A DNA stretch of 64,000 nt from Antedon mediterranea. Its lineage: Eukaryota > Animalia > Echinodermata. A program made the position numbers and the translations under genes. Below, one piece after another: positions 27,252-41,518 of this stretch. The notes under the pieces are model-generated. The model did no database searches. It was not told the DNA's origin and worked only from the letters and a program-made list of their open reading frames with translations. Where the stretch lies: positions 35,266,388 to 35,330,387 of the forward strand of contig NC_092670.1 of the NCBI RefSeq assembly GCF_964355755.1, written 5' to 3'. The stretch's first letter is position 1. The number at the start of each line of letters is the position of its first letter.

Positions 27252-27342
27252 TCTCTAACTGACTACTGAGAGTCAGTTAGTCTCTAACTGACTACTGAGA
27301 GTCAGTTAGAACTATCTAACTGACTATTGAGTGTCAGTTAGA
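27252..27342. repeat. Three tandem copies of a ~30-bp hairpin unit
   Basis: CTAACTGACT-ACTGAG-AGTCAGTTAG three times. Confidence 0.85.
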
Positions 27343-27849
27343 AGTCTGGTGTATTAAAAGCTTCTATGTTATGTTTATTTGAATATGTCCAGAAATTATT
27401 TTGTCTTGACTCAAATCGTTGTTTGTGAATATTTCTTGAGTAGCCTAAAGTTGTTCATCGTGTCACAGTCGGCTTATGCTATCATTATTATTTAATTATT
27501 TTAATTTAATCAGTAATTCCAACCTGATCATTGTCAATACATTGAAATAATTAGGCATTAATTTAAGTAATTGTATTAAGTTGTGTCTGAAAATATCGAA
27601 CTATGGGCGTGTTTAAAATCGTGATACATTCGGTATTTTAGTACAGTATTTGTAAACCTTATTGTGTATATTAAAACAAGGTTAATTCATGTCCAACGTG
27701 CTTTACAAGCGGTAAACACGTCTTTAAAATAGCAATATATAATTGTATTAGTATCGAATTAGGAATATTTGTCTAGGTTGCCTAAAGCACTTCTAAAATG
27801 GAAAATTATCTGATACAATTTGACTTGACAGAATACTGTATGTCCACTA

Positions 27850-27976
27850 AAGCTTGGTTCACACTAAGGTCATAGTGTAATGTAAAGTGATTTGACCAAT
27901 CACAAGCGATATATTATTCAAATTGTCGCTTGTCATTGGTCAACTCGCTTGCGTTGCGTCTCTAGTGAGAACGCTT
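27850..27976. mobile_element. Degenerate Harbinger-like MITE
   Basis: AGCTTGGTTCACACTA...TAGTGAGAACGCT termini; internal inverted TGACCAATCACAAGCGA / TCGCTTGTCATTGGTCA. Confidence 0.55.
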
Positions 27977-28132
27977 AATGTCAAAACAATTTACGGCGTG
28001 CGTAGGCCTTATGTACGTGTAGACGCACTCGTAGACACCAGTAACTTCACTCTTCTCTGTTGAATTTGGCAGAACTTAAACACTTGAAAATAAAATACTA
28101 AAATGGATGGAAGTACAGTATAGATATATATT

Positions 28133-28226
28133 CCCTCACTTGCACTGATGAAGGGCTAGTGTTTTCTGACTGTTTACTTTATCGTTTTGATTTAGCTTTT
28201 CGCTTTTTTTTTTGTATCTCCATTGA
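28133..28226 (+). mobile_element. Penelope-like pLTR fragment with a deleted hammerhead
   Basis: Homologous to the reverse complement of 40512-40626; keeps CTGATGAAGGGCTAGTGTT but lacks GCCCGAAAGCTC. Confidence 0.55.
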
Positions 28227-29462
28227 CACGATATTATCACGGTATTCAACACGCCCACCACCACAACGCTCACTGCAACATTCTCTCTTTTAAACTAAAA
28301 GATATATATTTCAATGTAGAAAATTACTATTTATGAATCGTTTATATTTCCAAATACATTAATTTTTATTAGCTTTGATATTAACTTAGTTTAGAAAATG
28401 GCATGGATTTAGTTTCATCATGTGAATTGACAGTGGCTTCCTGGGTCGGGTGACTGTGAGATAATCACGTGACTAACTAACCTTACTGAATAAGTGAAAG
28501 GGACATAAGTTACCCCAATGTTTGAAACACACATTTACATCGTCAGAAAGCATTTTGTAATTGGAATTGATTATACGGTCCCATATAGATAAGTATCATT
28601 TCAATGTTAGGTATGAGCTATGTTAATTAGTTCTATGGTACCACTATTACGTGTTCAAAATGTCTGGTCAATGTTTAGATTTTCAGATACAGGACATAAC
28701 CATCAGGAATTGCAGCAGATAATTACTATACATAATTTTAAATGAGTTTGTTTTATTGAAACTTTTCATATAATTATTTCATTATCTTTTACATTCCTAT
28801 TCTTTCTGATGTAGTAATCTTCTTGTATTTAAAGTTGTCATATATTTAACTGGAATAGCGCATAAATAGTTTGAAACTATATTTCGAAAAAAAAAACTGG
28901 CTTAGTTAGAAATGGTTAAAAACAAATCTTTAACTTTTAAGTAAAATTAAGCCTAGTGTATATTTAATCGAGCCATCTTTAATAGTTACTTAAATTAATT
29001 GAGAAACAGACGCTTTTCTATTTTTTTTTTCAAGAAAAAAGCGAAAGGTTTTTTTAATTAGGTCAAATAATTGGGATGGTTACTCACATCGTATTAGTGT
29101 ACTGACCTATTTTCTCACCAATGACTATATATTTTACTATTATAGGTCACTTTTTGATTTTGAAATAGAATTGCCTGTTTTTGCCCGCTTAGAGAGTTCA
29201 TAATAAGTAATATAATATATTTCGTTCAATATTTTATACTTTATGGACTTTATTATTACAAAAAAATTTGCAAATATTTAAGATAATTACAAATTAAATT
29301 ATTGGCTGGACCGAGTATAGAAAAGTTATGTTTTTGCGACAAACTGTGTTAAAATTAGGAATACACATGCCTACATTATCTAAAATGAACGAAAAAGTGG
29401 GAACAACTTTGAGCAAGGAATCAAAATGAATTTAGCAAAGGCAATACTTTGCTCTGTATTAA

Positions 29463-29720
29463 GTGAGTGAGTGGCCAAGCAGTTAAGACAGTGGAACCGT
29501 AATTACGTAGCCATAACATCGGCAGGGGTTCGAGGCTCACTCACTCCATGGTTCTGGTGGTAGAACGAGTCTTCTCGGATAAGGACTATAAACCGTAGGT
29601 CCAGTGTACACATCTAGCTCGTGTGCACTTTAAAGAACCTAGTACATCTTTCGAGACGTGTAGGGGGTTACCCCGGTGTATTAGTACATCACAGCCACTG
29701 ATCACCAATTCAATTCAATT
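29463..29720 (+). mobile_element. tRNA-derived SINE with Nin/Deu domain
   Basis: TGGCCAAGCAGTTAAGAC A-box, GGTTCGAGGC B-box, GGATAAGGACTATAAACCGTAGGTCC...GCACTTTAAAGAACC...GTAGGGGGTTACCCCGGTG core, (CAATT)n tail. Confidence 0.8.
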
Positions 29721-29899
29721 AGGGAACACACTTCATTTCAATTATACTTTTAGAAACCGCGACGTGATATATTTTTACTATAATTTTGTTTTGCTCTTTC
29801 ATAATATAGAAAATAGTCTGAAAATGACGAAATACCGTATTGTGAACAAGGGAAAAGACTCTTTCCTGAGTAAACTAATATAATCGTCAAATTATTATT

Positions 29900-30240
29900 A
29901 TTATTTTTTATTTATTGTACATCCAACAGTGTAAACACCAATAACAAGATGAAATATACATATATATAAGAACTATTTAACATCAGTAACGATTAGAATC
30001 ATATTTAAACATTAATAAAAATGTTTAATTATCTAACTTATGTATCAGACATTTAAACTTAATTTTAACATTAAGACGTGAGAATTGTACATTTATAATT
30101 ACTTTGGGACGGAGATTATAGACAGGGACATTAAGATAAAAATTAGAAATGAGATTACAGGTAAACATAGAATTTAAACACTTGTACAAAAATAGTAGAT
30201 CAATAATTTGTCTTCTCAATTTTAGAGAGGTAATGGGACA
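29900..30240 (-). mobile_element. Degenerate CR1-like LINE 3' end
   Basis: ORF 30025-30219(-) RRQIIDLLFLYKCLN...FYLNVPVYNLR resembles the CR1 ORF2 C-terminus; (TAA)n-type tail near 29895. Confidence 0.6.
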
Positions 30241-31436
30241 GAAGACAATCCATTAATATTATTATTATTATTATTGTTTTTTTTTATTTAATTGAAAAAA
30301 TATACATAAGAAGGTTACCGGAAAAAGGGTGATTTGAAAAAAAAAATATTATTTTTTATTTTTCACATACATTTATTTATAATATCTTACATCATATAAA
30401 AGAAGTGTAGCAATTACAAAATAATTTAGTGGACTAATTGCAAAAAAAGTAGTGCAGGTCGTCATAAAATCTATACAATTATGTCAACGTACTTGCTAAA
30501 TGATTACTCAGGATTATGATATTAAAACCATGTTTTAATAATATCATCAACAGACATTTCAACCGATTTCATGACTTTCGTTTTGGCCATATTTTTTATA
30601 TAGTTTAACTTTTATGTGACCTTATGTCAGATAGTCAGGCACATTAAGATAATGAGATAAACGTTTTTCGTACGCGTAAAAATTCGTCAACGTAAAATTA
30701 CGTTACGTTACGTGGTTTCACTGTCGATTCCACTGGGAAGTAATAGTTTATGACAATAATAACAATACACATTATTAATAACTATCAGTACCATTAATTT
30801 TTACTGCGCAGTTATTGTTTTTAGCTTTTGACACTTGAATGAACAGTATCTTCACAGGCACTATTTAGGCTATGAAAACACCAAGAAAATGTCTTTTTCT
30901 GAAACGTATACCACACTGTCAAATCAATTAGTCCTTCATGTCACGTCTTATTACATTGCTGTCATACAACATTGTTATTTTTCTATAATTGGCCACATCT
31001 CTCACGGGAGTTATCGGCTAGACTGCTTTGATCACTCGTGGGAAGATCTTCACCAGTCGTACCTGGTGGTAAGAGTAATGCGGCTAGATAACCACGTGAC
31101 CACTTACATAGCTTGACGTGAATTGGCGTAATAATATATCTATGACGTCACCGCGACCAAAGCGCGACATTTGAGTAGGTAAAATGAGACAAAATAAAAG
31201 TGTTGGTTGACGAGGCTGCCATGATCAGTCAACACGAGTGGATTATGAAATTGAATCGCAATAATAATATATTTATTATGAAAGTTTACATCGAACGTGC
31301 AATACATATAATAACATTTGACATACATAATGTGTTTAACCAGATCAAACATTGGTTCATTGTTATGCCTCCTTAGAGAGGAGATGGTTGGTATAAAAAA
31401 TGCTTGATGTAATATTTACAGCAAAAAAATGTGTTA

Positions 31437-31597
31437 AGCTCTGTCTACACTATCAAATTAGTTTGACAAAAAAAGTGTGATGAGCCCAAATATGCTATGT
31501 GATATGCTTAAATATGTCATTGATATGACATCACCTATCCATATATGGGCTCATAACATTTTGTTGTCACATAATGTTTGGTAGTGCAGACAGAGCT
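31437..31597. mobile_element. MITE family A copy
   Basis: TTA|AGCTCTGTCTACACTATCAAA...GTTTGGTAGTGCAGACAGAGCT. Confidence 0.85.
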
Positions 31598-34500
31598 CTA
31601 GACAAGTAAGAGGTGTGAATTTCACTCTTCCCTATCTAGGTTAGACCTATAACAAACAATACACCTTTTAGTGTTTTTAAAATGTATCTTTCAACGTATT
31701 ATTTACTTATAAGTTTAATCATTCGATTTAGACAGGGTAGTTAATTAATGATATTGAATCGTACAAAGCAAATCGTAAATTTGTGCGAATCAACACGATC
31801 GTGTAAAATATAAATCAGCAACATAATTCACTTATACCCAAAATTCCCCCAAAACTGTAGCTAATGTTCTTTTTCTTTTGTAGTTTTCCCACTTTTATTT
31901 CATCGTCATTAAAATTGTTTCATTCATTATGTTTTTTACATTTATGCATCTAATCTAATTCATCATAATTACATATTTACAGTATTCGGTTTGTACCATG
32001 CTACAAATCATAACCAAACTATTTACAGTATGGGAATGTAGAAAACATATACCAATATAACATACACATCTATACATTCACACACCTTAGGCCTATACTA
32101 ATTCATATCTTTTCTTCATTGAAACGTATTCATCAAATTATCTAGTTTTGTTTATTACCCAATGTTATTAAATTTAAACTTGATATAATATGTCATTCTG
32201 ATGACCTGTTTTAGTAATCAATCCAATCCGACAGCCAAACATGTCGCGTGGTAACAATGTCATAACATAAACCACTAAATACCCCAGCATTACGATTCAA
32301 GTGTTTTCAAGTCGATGTTAGCACAACAATGAAAACAAACCTAGGAAACGATTAGTGGTTAATGAAATATTAATGTACTAGACTCAACTCAGTACCATGT
32401 CTACGTAAAATAACAGATTTAACAGAATTCAAATAAAAACATTAACTCAAAGATGTAAACACTTCTTAAAAACAAAAAATATTGACGGGAATGAACTGAA
32501 ATTTCACCTCGGCTATTGTCATTTCCAATACAGACGGAAGGAGGTGGGGGATACATTATTCCACCAACCAAACAATAAACGACACTAACAAATAATGTAC
32601 ATAATAATAATAAAACAGAACCGACCCACGTACTTCTAATTAAGTTAGGAAATTAGGAAATATTAAGGTCTGAAACATAGTTAGTTAATCAATAATATTT
32701 TATTCAGTGAGGCCTTGAAATATTTATCGAAATATTTTAGTAAAACTTTGTAAAGTTCACAATATAGTACTGGTGATAATTTCATATTCCATACCATCAA
32801 TACAACTCTATTTTGAATGTTAAAAACTGCCGCAAGATGGCGCAGTCTCGGAAGTGACTTCGGCGAATCGAAACCGGAGGTATGACCGCTTGAGTTAAAG
32901 CGCCACGAAATCGAAAAATTTAGGATCCAAAATACTTCATTTTCTTATACTAAGAGACAAAATATGGAACAATTATAATGTAATTGTACTAACATGTTAA
33001 CATGAATCTACCTATCGCGGAACATCTAAGACAGCCAGGGAAGACGGTTAGGCATATCGTTGCATTGTCCATCTACTACCTCATCGGAAAATTAGGCATA
33101 ATTTATTGAAGATAAAACGTTCGTTGATAGAAGAGAATAAGATACAACATACAGCGACATAATATCTCTAGTAGACTGGTGGAAATAGCTCAAAAATAGC
33201 CTTTGAGTCAAACAAATTGTAAAAAAAATTGTTTTATTGTTAAAATATGTTCAAAATCCACCCTGATCTGCCCCAGTATAAGTGACCTAATTTGCATAAA
33301 ATCAAAATGGCTGCCATTTGACATTTTTCATCGCAATTATAATGATACAATGAACGGTTTTCACTGTCACTTACTAATTTATACAAATACATTCTGTTTA
33401 CTAAATCGTTTTAAATGTAGCCTTGATTAATTTACCTTTTGCTTTTAAAGTTTACGTCATGTTACCGCACTAATGAGCTATTGATTAGTGTCAACAATTT
33501 CCTTAGTTTTGTTAAGAGTAGGCCTAGTAATGATCAGCACGTTCATTGGCCTGTGTCCAGATCTTGACCAGATAATTATTAATTTAAATTAAAATCCTGT
33601 TTGGTCAAGTTCCAAATACAAATTAAAAATAAAATAATAATAAAAGGCGTCTTCAAATTATTATAAATGACAAGTTTTAATCTTGTTTTTTTGTTAAAAA
33701 TAAAACACTTTCACAATTATTACCAACATGGATAACTCAATATAAAGTACAATTTTGTTTTTATAAAATTATCTGCGGCCTAAAATGAATCTGTTCAAAA
33801 AATTGCAGAGAGCAATTAATAATGAATAAAACGGACCTCCTTGCCAAGTTTTTTAATGTTTAGTAGAGGGCGCTGACATATATTTATTATATATCTTAAC
33901 ATGATAATTTTATTCATATATCCCGATTTGTATGCCTAATATTCCTGGTATACGCTGCGTAATGAGTAGCCTTTTAAATTGTGAATCATTAGAAAACAAA
34001 ATCGTAGTAGTTAGACTAGAATTTGACTTAATTTTACTTTAGGCCGATAAATGTTTATTTTGACAACGTCTGTGGCACCAAAAAGATTCATAAACGTAAT
34101 ACTGTAAGGCAACATGCTGCAATAAACTTTATTTTAAGAGATTCATGGCATTTCTATGGCATTTCTCGTCGTGACGTCATTGTAACTATAGTTTCATTCC
34201 GTTAAACGTAAATAATTTTGCTTTAAATACATAAAGTGGAATCATATTTCATATTTATTTCTATAGCTATTAAAATAACAGATGACTTCTTTTAAAGAAT
34301 TATTAGGCCTAAAGTCAGATGTAAAGAAAACATAATTATAGTGAATATAAATGGTTTCGTGACTTTATTTTCATGTATACTGCCCTCTTATTTTAATAAC
34401 GAATATTTACGAGAGAGTTATGGTACAAATATTCCATGAGGTTAGAAATAAAACCTGGCCTAGACTGTTTTAACGTGGAATTTGTTTTTCGTACCAAAAA

Positions 34501-34701
34501 AATAAATGAAAACAGGTACTATCATCACACGATCGTTAAATAGTATACAAATAATGAATGACGTTTATGAGTGGAATGTTTGAAATATAATCTTTCATCA
34601 TTCACCGAATGACATTATTTTTAGCATTCCACGAATATAAACATACATATGTGTTTTATGTAACATCTAAATAGATTCCTGTCATTTGAATCAGATTAAA
34701 T

Positions 34702-35430
34702 AAAAGGTATAGGCCTTTCCACAGTAATGGTATTAAAACAAATATTTTCCAAACGCGAAAAGTACTATTGCACGCTAGACGACCCACAATCCAGTACCTG
34801 TAATGAACAGATATTACTAACCCGCTCCACAATCGTTTAATCAAATAAGAAGAATATATTTAGTTATTTTATAATGATGCCTAGCTACGCCTTTATTTGA
34901 GTGCTTGCATTTAATTTGTATAGAATATTACTTGTGTTTTACACAAAAGGTATAGGCCTTTCCACAGTAATGGTATTAAAACAAATATTTTCCAAACGCG
35001 AAAAGTACTATTGGACGCCAGACGACCCATAATCCAGTACCTGTAATGAACAGATATTACTAACCCGCTCCACAATCGTTTAATCAAATAAGAAGAATAT
35101 ATTTAGTTATTTTATAATGATGCCTACCTACGCCTTTATTTGAGTGCTTGAATTTAATTTGTATAGAATATTACTTGTGTTTTACACAAAAGGTATAGGC
35201 CTTTCCACAGTAATGGTATTAAAACAAATATTTTCCAAACGCGAAAAGTACTATTGCACGCCAGACGACCCACAATCCAGTACCTGTAATGAACAGATAT
35301 TACTAACCCGCTCCACAATCGTTTAATCAAATAAGAAGAATATATTTAGTTATTTTATAATGATGCCTACCTACGCCTTTATTTGAGTGCTTGCATTTAA
35401 TTTGTATAGAATATTACTTGTGTTTTACAC
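34702..35430. repeat. Tandem repeat, 3 x 243 bp, near-identical
   Basis: AAAAGGTATAGGCCTTTCCACAG starts at 34702, 34945 and 35188. Confidence 0.95.
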
Positions 35431-37160
35431 ATAAATACAATACATACAAAATCAAATGATATAAATATTGTTGTTATTTATTATTTATTATTTTATTATT
35501 TTTATTCAAAATTTATAGCAAAAATACAATTCTTTGTCGAATTTGACGTTCCATAGCATAACTAACTATCACGTATCGGTATGTCCATACCTAAAATGTT
35601 TGTATTTCAATGCGCATCCTCCACATCACTGCTAAGTCAATATAAAATGTAAGGTAATCAATATCAACGTGCCGTCTCTACGAGTAATAACACGAAATAG
35701 TATCTTACGTGCATGCATGAACTGTCATTAATTCGTATCGGGGATAAAATGAGTGATTTATGAGGCGCAAATGCGAAAACGATTATAGGAGGCCTACGGG
35801 CGACATAATAAAACAAAATAGAATGTAATTCAATGTTTATCAATAAAGATAGCAATATAAATGGTTATAATGATAAGTTTTGTTTTATAGACTTCTAGAG
35901 CGAATGAGAGTTAATTGCCGAGGAAGTTCTATCAAAGACTTCTATGCAAAGTACTGTATCATACGTACGTCTCGACTATATAGGCCTAATTTCCATACAT
36001 AATGCAGACATAGATTGAGGAAAATGATACATTCCATGGATTATATTACTAATTAAAGGCAATTGGAAAGATCATTATTAGGCCTAACTAAATTTGAGTT
36101 CTGGTCAGAAGAAGCGTCATGGGCCGAGAAAACACATTTCTCCCTGCTACACTCGCGATCACTACCCGCCCCCATACGTATCCTAAATCTGAAACGTCTA
36201 CATTGATTAGTCTTCAACAATTTGAATAATTGGATTGAACATAGAACTTGATTAGCTGAACAATGAATGAAACATTTTTTTGACTGGGCGAGGTGGATGC
36301 ACGTAAGGCCTACCCAATGTAAAGCCACCAACAACGCAATAAGCCTACACTTGTACAACCAAACAAATGCAATTAAAACGCAACCTTAAAGCTGTTCATA
36401 CTGTGCGTCAAACTTATCCTATTAATATTGCTCCATGTGAACGTAACTTATCAACAGTTTTAAGGCTGTTTCACACTATTAAGCATTCGAACGTACGTTG
36501 TTCGTCGTCTGCAGCAGTGTGGACGCCATCGAATTGGAATTGTTTTAATGCACGTACCAGTCCTTTAAAATCCAATTCAGTTAACGTAGACATTCAATAA
36601 ACTAACAATAAATATTTCCACTTTATCTAAGCAATTTGTATAAACAGATTGTCCACTTGAAATGTACGTTGTAGAGTAAAACTTAAACATTTTACAGCAA
36701 ATGTCACCTCGGAGTAAAATAATGAATATATCAAATAACGTTGAATAAACTTTTCAGATTGAATTTGCCAATACGGCCTCTAGGCTCATAAAACGAGAAT
36801 GGAAATTCTAGAGTGTTTATTCTAATCGCCAGATGAACCGTTCTATCCAGGCAAACATAACGACTCACTTTAAACATGAATTCCTAGAATGTTTTTTTAT
36901 CCTCAGTAGAGGAATGTAAATGGGCTGTGATTTATAGTGTCAACTAACTCCGCAGTGGGCAGTCTTCCAGTGGGCCTATGGTCGTTGACATAATGTTTCC
37001 CCAGTATCCTTTATATACAAGATGAGTTGGTGTTGTTTTTTGTCACAGGTGCCGTAAAGGGACATTTAGCTAGCAATTATGGATCAGAGTAGTTTGTCTT
37101 AGGTATTTGAATTGGATCAACGATGAACGTTGTAAACCTATCAGCATATTCAATTCAATG

Positions 37161-37272
37161 TTTAGTCGCGTGCGTGCAACGCGACTCTACAGCACACTAT
37201 TATGTCGGTCGGATGGTTGGTAAACACCTCAAATTTGAGCACGCGACTGCAGCCATGTATATGGCCTTGTTT
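37161..37272 (+). mobile_element. HINE/DINE-1-like non-autonomous Helentron element
   Basis: TTT-AGTCGCGT...ACGCGACT...(GGTC/GGTT)n...ACGCGACT-GCAGCCATGTATATGGC-CTTGTTT; homologous to 7599-7719. Confidence 0.65.
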
Positions 37273-37682
37273 ATTTCCGAATTTCGTATAAATTAACAAA
37301 CAAAACAATCTGACACACGACATTGATGATGATAATGATGATGATATTCGTTATGTAGAGTATTGATCTGTTAGTGTAAAGTTTTACGAGGCAATCGTAA
37401 TACCTTGATAGAAAACAAATGGTTTGTAAGCACCTCAATTCATTAAACATCAAACCTGCGATTAAATGTTGATTGACTTCGCAAAGTTGCATCTCTGAAC
37501 TGAGTAGCGTCATGACAAGCAATGTCAGTACAAAACTACTCTAGGCTGACATCGTAAAATAAAGCCGTTTATACGCGTGTCTAAAATTAGCCACTGTCAC
37601 TTTTGATTTTCCGTAAAGGCAGTACGAGTACAAAAATAAGAATGGTCCCTGAAACCATGGAACTGAAACATAGGCCTATTAA

Positions 37683-38017
37683 AGATGTATTGTCCCCTGA
37701 AAATAATATCTTTTTTACATTTTTTTTTCACACAATATTAACTATTCACTTTGACCAAAAATTGTATCAAAAACAAAAATTATTTAAATTTGCCTGAAAA
37801 ACTATAACTTAAAACAAAAAATAGTCAAATTGGCTGTCAGCCAATGGGCTTTTGATTGAATTTAACCCTTTATTTTGTCATTTCATAAAGTGAATACATT
37901 ATTTTGTGTTTATTTTTTCTACGGAAGTAATTAACTTGATTAAAACTAAAAAATGACATATTCAAAGTCGGATTTAATTAATCTTCATTGTTTATGTTTT
38001 TGGGGGACAATACATCT
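37683..38017. mobile_element. MITE family B, full-length copy (Kolobok-type non-autonomous)
   Basis: Perfect 15-bp TIR AGATGTATTGTCCCC/GGGGACAATACATCT, flanks TTAA/TTAT, RR...YY termini. Confidence 0.85.
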
Positions 38018-39127
38018 TTATAAAAAAAACCCATTGCATTTTACAAACAGATATTGATAGCCATTGTGGCTAATGATATTGTTTATGATAATGAGTAATG
38101 CTGTATTATGCTTATGTATGCTACAGCAGTTATGTGACGCCGATGTTTCATTTCGGGCAATGACTTGTTTTGCCCGTCTGGCGTTTCATACCCGTTATAC
38201 GTTAGATCAATATACGAATTAATTTTGATCATCAAACGTGTCTCAATATAATACGACCGTAGTTCATCAAATAACACAAATATTAATAGAGATAAACAAT
38301 AATTAGGTACACGTGGTAAATCTATATATTTTACTGGGTTCAGTATTTTCTAGTTCAAAGAGATCTAAGGCCCTTTTTGAGATCATCCAGACGTATTTTT
38401 TTTTCTTGGCGGCTTAGTTGTCGTATCGTACTTTTCGTGTCGTTAATTTTGTATCGACTGTAATGTAAAAACGCATGGCAGTAGGCCTACATGGTGAAAA
38501 GAATATACCGACAGTAACGTTTAGTAGATGACACCGTTTGACGGTGACGTTAAATAACGACAATGTTATTTAGGATGTTTTGGTATATACTTGCATACTT
38601 CATTACATCAATATGTTACATATTACTAATATGTAATGAAAATGAAAAACCATAGCCCGGTCTCTGCGTTAACGCAAAACGTAACAGTGTAGAAAGATTT
38701 GAACGTTGAGTCCCGGGTATCCTGACTGTAAGATAATGCAATCCACTTAATCAGGGGAAGATTACTTTTTCCTGGTTTAATAACCTAAAGCTCTAAAAAT
38801 ACAGGATATAATACTTTTTTTCTTGTTTTTAGTGATGCGGGTTCAATGACGCTGGTAAAATACTGTTTTCAGAATAAGCCCTACTATTGTATTATTTCTT
38901 TGAAATAGTTAATGTACTAGTTTCGTAGATACTAATTGTCTCGACCAGTGTTGATGCAAATATGTTCTGATTGATATGTGATAGAAAAAAAGGGTTTATA
39001 ACATTAATCAACGTTCATTGACACTGGTAATAAAGATGTGAAGCATTTGTCTCTTAGAAACATGTCTAGTTAAGCATGCTAGAGTTCGGGGCTATCGTCC
39101 GGTCTCAGAGTGTTGATATCTTAAACA

Positions 39128-40067
39128 ATGATTAAACGTGTTTATAGCGTTTACAGTACGTCGATTAGTGTGCGATCATGATTAAACGTGTTTATAGCGT
39201 TTATAGTAGGTCGATTATTGTGCGTTCATGATTAAACATGTTTATAGCGTTTACAGTAGGTATTGTGCATTCATGATTAAACGTGTTTATAGCGTTTACA
39301 GTACGTCGATTATTGTGCGATCATGATTAAACGTGTTTATAGCGTTTACAGTAGGTCGATATTAGGCGTTCATGATTAAACGTGCTTATAGCGTTTACAG
39401 TAGGTCGATTATTGTGCGTTCATGATTAAACGTGTTTATAGCGTTTACAGTAGGTCGATTATTAGGCGTTCATGATTAAACATGTTTATAGCGTTTACAG
39501 TAGGTCGATTATTGTGCGTTCATGATTAAACGTGTTTATAGCGTTTACAGTACGTCGATTATTGTGCGTTCATGATTAAACGTGTTTATAGCGTTTACAG
39601 TAGGTCGATTATTAGGCGTTCATGATTAAACATGTTTATAGCGTTTACAGTAGGTCGATTATTGTGCGTTCATGATTAAACGTGTTTATAGCGTTTACAG
39701 TACGTCGATTATTGTGCGTTCATGATTAAACGTGTTTATAGCGTTTACAGTAGGTCGATTATTAGGCGTTCATGATTAAACGTGTTTATAGCGTTTACAG
39801 TAGGTCGATTATTAGGCGTTCATGATTAAACGTGTTTATAGCGTATTACAGTAGGTCGATTATTGTGCGTTCATGATTAAACGTGTTTATAGCGTTTACA
39901 GTACGTCAATTATTGTGCGTTCATGATTAAACGTGTTTATAGCGTTTAAAGTAGGTCGATTATTAGGCGTTCATGATTAAACGTGTTTATAGCGTTTACA
40001 GTAGGCTACGTCGATTATTGTGCGTTCATGATTAAACGCGTTTATAGCGGTTACAGTACGTCGATTT
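39128..40067. repeat. Minisatellite, ~50-bp unit, ~19 copies
   Basis: ATGATTAAACGTGTTTATAGCGTTTACAGTAGGTCGATTATTGTGCGTTC repeated. Confidence 0.95.
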
Positions 40068-40577
40068 AGACACACGCACAGTTTTAACCCAGTTGATATT
40101 TTTTGTCTTTGACAAGTATTATAGATATATACCGGTTAATCATTTCCACCTTTTAGAAACATACTGATAATGAAATGATCGTTGTTTTAGAGAGAAATTG
40201 ATACAGCATTCCAGAATATTCCACCGAAGATTGCAGGCTCCTTTTGTATTTCTGTAGGCTTATTCATTTTAAATTGTTTTAAATCATTGTAATCATTATA
40301 TTCAAATTGCTGTTTGTATAATTTTGTCAGTTTAGTGCATTTTACTCTCAGTGAAAACTACCTTTTTTGTTTTGCTGAAAAAAAAAGATTGTTTGTCTTT
40401 TCTTAAAATTAATTATTTGCCTTGTGCCTTTTTGATATTTCTATTTATGTATATAAATCCAAAGGCAAATAACTGAAAAAATGACAATGATGTGGGTATC
40501 AGTGACTGGATCTCAATGGAGATACAAAAAAAAAGCAAAAACTAAATCAAAACGATAAAGTAAAACAGCTATAAAAG

Positions 40578-40619
40578 TTAGCAGAGCTTTCGGGCAACAC
40601 TAGCCCTTCATCAGTGCAA
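40578..40619 (-). ncRNA. Minimal type I hammerhead ribozyme motif in a Penelope-like fragment (40512-40626)
   Basis: Minus strand: GCA-CTGATGA-A-GGGC-TAGTGTT-GCCC-GAAA-GCTC-TGC. Conserved core, 4-bp stem II, palindromic AGCT in place of stem III, short stem I. Confidence 0.6.
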
Positions 40620-41518
40620 GTGAAGGAATTTGGATAACGTCATAGTATAAGAACTGGCAAGTGCTGCCTTGGTGGACTATGATTATTTATGTATGTATCC
40701 TTATATGATGAATGGAAATAAATAATTAAAGAAAGAAATAAAGAAGAAAAGAAATGGTACAACCTATTTATATCCGGGCATCTTAGATGATATCCTATAT
40801 GTTTGTTTATATATTTCCGGACACCTTCCTTTGAATTTTTGTCCCTATTAATTTCATTACTTTTCATTTTCATTGACTTTTGTTATGTATGAATTTCGCA
40901 TTTTTTTATATTTTTGCTTCGCTGTTAAAAACATACCTTAGAGGGTTGTGAAAATGTCATAGTTAACTATAACGGAAATAATGGGCACATCAATTTTAAC
41001 AAACAGAGGTTCAGTAGGCAATAGGTTTTAATTTGGCCTACTTTTACAAATCGCCGTAGGAGAGGTTGATGTTATGCAACTGTAACTGGCCTAGGCCAGG
41101 TTTAGGCTTAGGCTAGGCTGGTTGAAAAAAAAGGGATCGCCGAATGTTGGGTACATGACAGTAAGGGCCATAATTATTCCCTGTAATGACATTTTACTAA
41201 TTATAAAACTGAAAACATTGCTGCTGCATATACGGAGAAGTGACATCATGCTACTTTTATCACTTAACTGTGATTATATTTGTGTTAAAAAATTGATCGA
41301 TTCAAACCTGAAATATATAAACACAATTATTGGAATATAAGTTTGAATCATTTATGGAAAAAAATTTCCAACATATTTTATGATGGGCCAATACATATTA
41401 TCTTATTATACTTCTTCTTAGCCTAAACTTTCCCATTATAACTAAACTAAACTAAACTAAACTAATTATGTTTTAATTTTAGGATGAATACAAAATATGG
41501 AAAAGACATTATAGGCCT

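Noticed and set aside
32824-33330. Promoter-like CpG patch (AAGATGGCG, GGAAGT, ATTTGCAT)
   Set aside because: No associated exon or snRNA body found; could be a transposon remnant.
39128-40067. CRISPR-like regular array
   Set aside because: No unique spacers, eukaryotic context and no cas genes; a plain minisatellite.
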